A stretch of DNA of 64,000 nucleotides from Pocillopora damicornis (taxonomy: Eukaryota): the NCBI RefSeq assembly GCF_003704095.1, contig NW_020845304.1, positions 248,001-312,000 of the forward strand, in the 5' to 3' direction. The translations under genes and the position numbers were made by a program. Below, piece after piece: positions 61,408 through 64,000 of the stretch (position 1 is its first letter; each line of letters opens with the position of its first letter). Under the pieces are notes generated by a model, which saw only the letters and a program-made list of their open reading frames with translations, ran no database searches and had not been told where the DNA came from.

Positions 61408-63850
61408 ATGTCGCTTAAAGTCTTTGCTGCGATAATTCTGTCCATACCAGCCAAGATAACTGCAGAATCTCCTCGGGGAGTCTACTTTGAAATAAAAGAA
61501 AACAGTTTTCTTTCCGCTGATACTCTTTGGGATAGAAAAGCTGACTCTTTGCTGTCCTGTACACTGCTGTGTGCGAGGGAAGCTGCTTGTGAAAGTGTAA
61601 ACTTCTTGGCAAACCAAAGATCCTGTTCACTCCTTGGAAACGGACAAACACACCTGGCGGAAAAGCTTTTAAAACGACTAGAGGGATCTTTCTATGCGAA
61701 AAAGGTATTTTATCTCGAAAACCGGATTAGGAATCATTCAAATGATGAGCATGTGGCTCTTATTTAAATATTTTAAAACAGGATAATAACATTAAGTGTG
61801 AGCGTTGCGCTTGCAGCGAACGCCAACTTGTTCCAAAACGAGACGTAACAAAACGACCTCTCGACGTGACGCAACTAATGTGTGGGACTGCTTTACAGGT
61901 CGTCTTCAAAGACGAATAAACTACGAAGAACCAAAGTTGACAGTTTTCGACGATTTATTGCATTCAAATAAACGATCGTAAAATGTCGGTCCCGGTTGAG
62001 CCAAGGGTTAAGAATCAAGAAACCTCGAGAGAACGAGGTTGAGAAAGCCACGCGAAATCGAACGAAAAACTACTTTAAAAAGGGACGCTAACTCAGCTTC
62101 TATATGCGCCTGGTAACGCTTAAAGGTCCGATTACAAAACCAATGAGAAAAGAAGTAAACATTGTAACTACGTTCGTAACTAAGATACGGAGATACAGAG
62201 ACAATTATTATGTTATCGAAATAGGCCTTTGTCTAATGTCATTAACAGAGGGATTTTCTATTACAGACTGAACTTCCAGGAATCGCCAGTCCATTGGGTA
62301 GGTCATTAAGAATGTCTCTAGGTATCAGGTCGTTTTGTAATCACGGTCGTTTCGCACCCAATCCCATCGTTATCAACGATAATAAATTCGTTTGATCTGA
62401 CGAAAAAAAAATATATTAGTATTAAGTTGTAATCTATGTTAAATTAGGATGGAATGAAAATATAAATGTTTTCTGGTAGAAATATCCTTCGCGTCTATCT
62501 CATGACTCCCAGACTCCCCATTTTCGGCTCCAGACCTTACACTAGATGATTTGTTTTTATGGACTGAGCTGATAATGTAAATTGGGCATACTCGGTGGTC
62601 GCGCTTCAAAAATGGACACCTCGTTAACAAAGCAAATTTGACGCAGGTAATGTTACTATTCAAAACAAGAAACTGACCTTACTTTAAACAATCTTAACAT
62701 GGAAAACATATTTTAATAATTTTATGTACGAAACGACCGAGCTGGGTACGAAACGACTCACCGACTAGGTACAAAAAGATCGGTTACCTATCTCTATACG
62801 TGGTCATAAACATTCTTATTTCATATGGTTCTACTTGCTCTCTTAGCCGGGTAAAGCAGTGCAGGTGAGATACTAACGGTATATAAGATGGCTTTAGCAG
62901 ATACTGAAAAATATCTTAAATGATTGTAGTTTCTGAAAGAGAAAGCTCTTTCGAGCGGAGAAAACATCTGCATCTATTGAACACAAACTCTGGTCTTGAG
63001 TGAAACATTTTACGTCATCATGTGCGCGTTACCTTCATTAAAGTGATATCTCCCTCAAAAAGAACAAGGCACGCATCGCGACTGGAAAAAAGGTGTAATA
63101 TTGCACTCAGTTGAGCATTTTAAAATCGTAATATTTATCTTTATTATAATCATACACTCAATTTAAGGCCACGTCACACCTTGTATAGGTTCTACTCAAC
63201 TGTCAGCAGTTTCTTCGTGCCAGATCCTTCGCGGCCAACTCCCCTCTCTTTCCTCTGGTGTTTACTGGATCGACCCAGACGGTGGATCCCAGGGCACGGC
63301 TTTCAGGGCCTACTGTGACATGGAAACAGATGGAGGGGGCTGGACTCTTGTGTGGAGCTATAAATTCACTGATTACGATACGTTTTCTTCGAGTTTAAAT
63401 GCTATTACACCGAGGCCGAACTGGCAGATAAATTCTGCTCTCAACGTCCCTGTCTCGGTAACCCCGCCGTTGGGTGAAACAGACTTCAACGCCATGAATT
63501 TCTCCATATGGAAACAACTCGGCAGACAGGTCCTCATCAAAAGCAACATAAACAACTGGCTGGTTTGTCATCCGGGAACTGGAAGCTTGGTTGATTGGCA
63601 GGAAGGGAGCGTCAAGTGTCAGGTCGTTAAAAACGTGACTGACACGTGTCAAGATTCGCCAGCGCCATCTAGGTTTGTGCCGATTCATAGTCAGACCTTT
63701 GGACCGATCTTTTCCTCCTCCAACATTTATTATTATTTTGATGGTTACACATTGATGCACTGGCCTACCCATGATCCTTGTGGAAAAAACGAACTCAACC
63801 ATCTGAAGAATGTCGACAATCCACACGGAAACATTTTCATTCGATCTTGA
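61408..63850 (+). CDS. Secreted PAN/Apple-domain + fibrinogen-like domain protein, three exons
   Basis: Exon 61408-61704 (signal-like MSLKVFAAIILSIPAKITA; PAN pattern CTLLCAREAACESVNF...CSLL), microexon 62267-62297, exon 63189-63850 (SCQIL...SGVYWIDPDGG...YCDMETDGGGWTLVW). Phases 0 and 1 are consistent. Confidence 0.82.
62321..62788. mobile_element. MITE with GGTA...TACC termini, TA flanks and subterminal GTCGTTTCG repeats
   Basis: TA|GGTATCAGGTCGTTTTGTA ... TACAAAAAGATCGGTTACC|TA; GTACGAAACGAC is repeated at the right end. Confidence 0.7.
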
Positions 63851-64000
63851 CGAGATTTAAAGGACTCAAAACTGATGGAAAATTTTCTAACGTCAAAGTC
63901 TAATCCCTTGCACAAATGTTTCACAAAGTAATGAGGAAAATAAAAGCTGCAAGATAACTGTTCTGTTTTTTCTGTGGGTGTGTATTCAGTTCGTGAAATC

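Overview
Eukaryotic (metazoan) genomic scaffold with many N gaps. The gene content and repeat families point to a cnidarian, probably a scleractinian coral such as Pocillopora (inference). Left to right: (1) the 3' end of a Hairy/E(spl)-type gene ending in WRPW; (2) a non-autonomous PIF/Harbinger-like element; (3) two related single-exon class A GPCRs; (4) a 27-coding-exon RBM5/RBM10 gene (minus) head-to-head with CXXC1/CFP1 (plus); (5) the 3' exons of MRPL46 (minus); (6) two exons of a LYPLAL1-like hydrolase lacking the catalytic Ser and Asp; (7) an intact HEPN-NACHT-LRR NLR gene bracketed by ~116-bp inverted repeats; (8) a partial cytosolic sulfotransferase; (9) a secreted PAN/Apple plus fibrinogen-like protein. 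Repeats include TTAA-flanked MITEs, tRNA-derived SINEs, Penelope-type minimal hammerhead motifs, a long hairpin and an inverted duplication. The strongest candidates for novel biology are the RNase-type (HEPN) NLR, the LYPLAL1 pseudoenzyme and the hammerhead and hairpin elements. All exon coordinates and identities were worked out by eye, and adjacency across N gaps is unverified.
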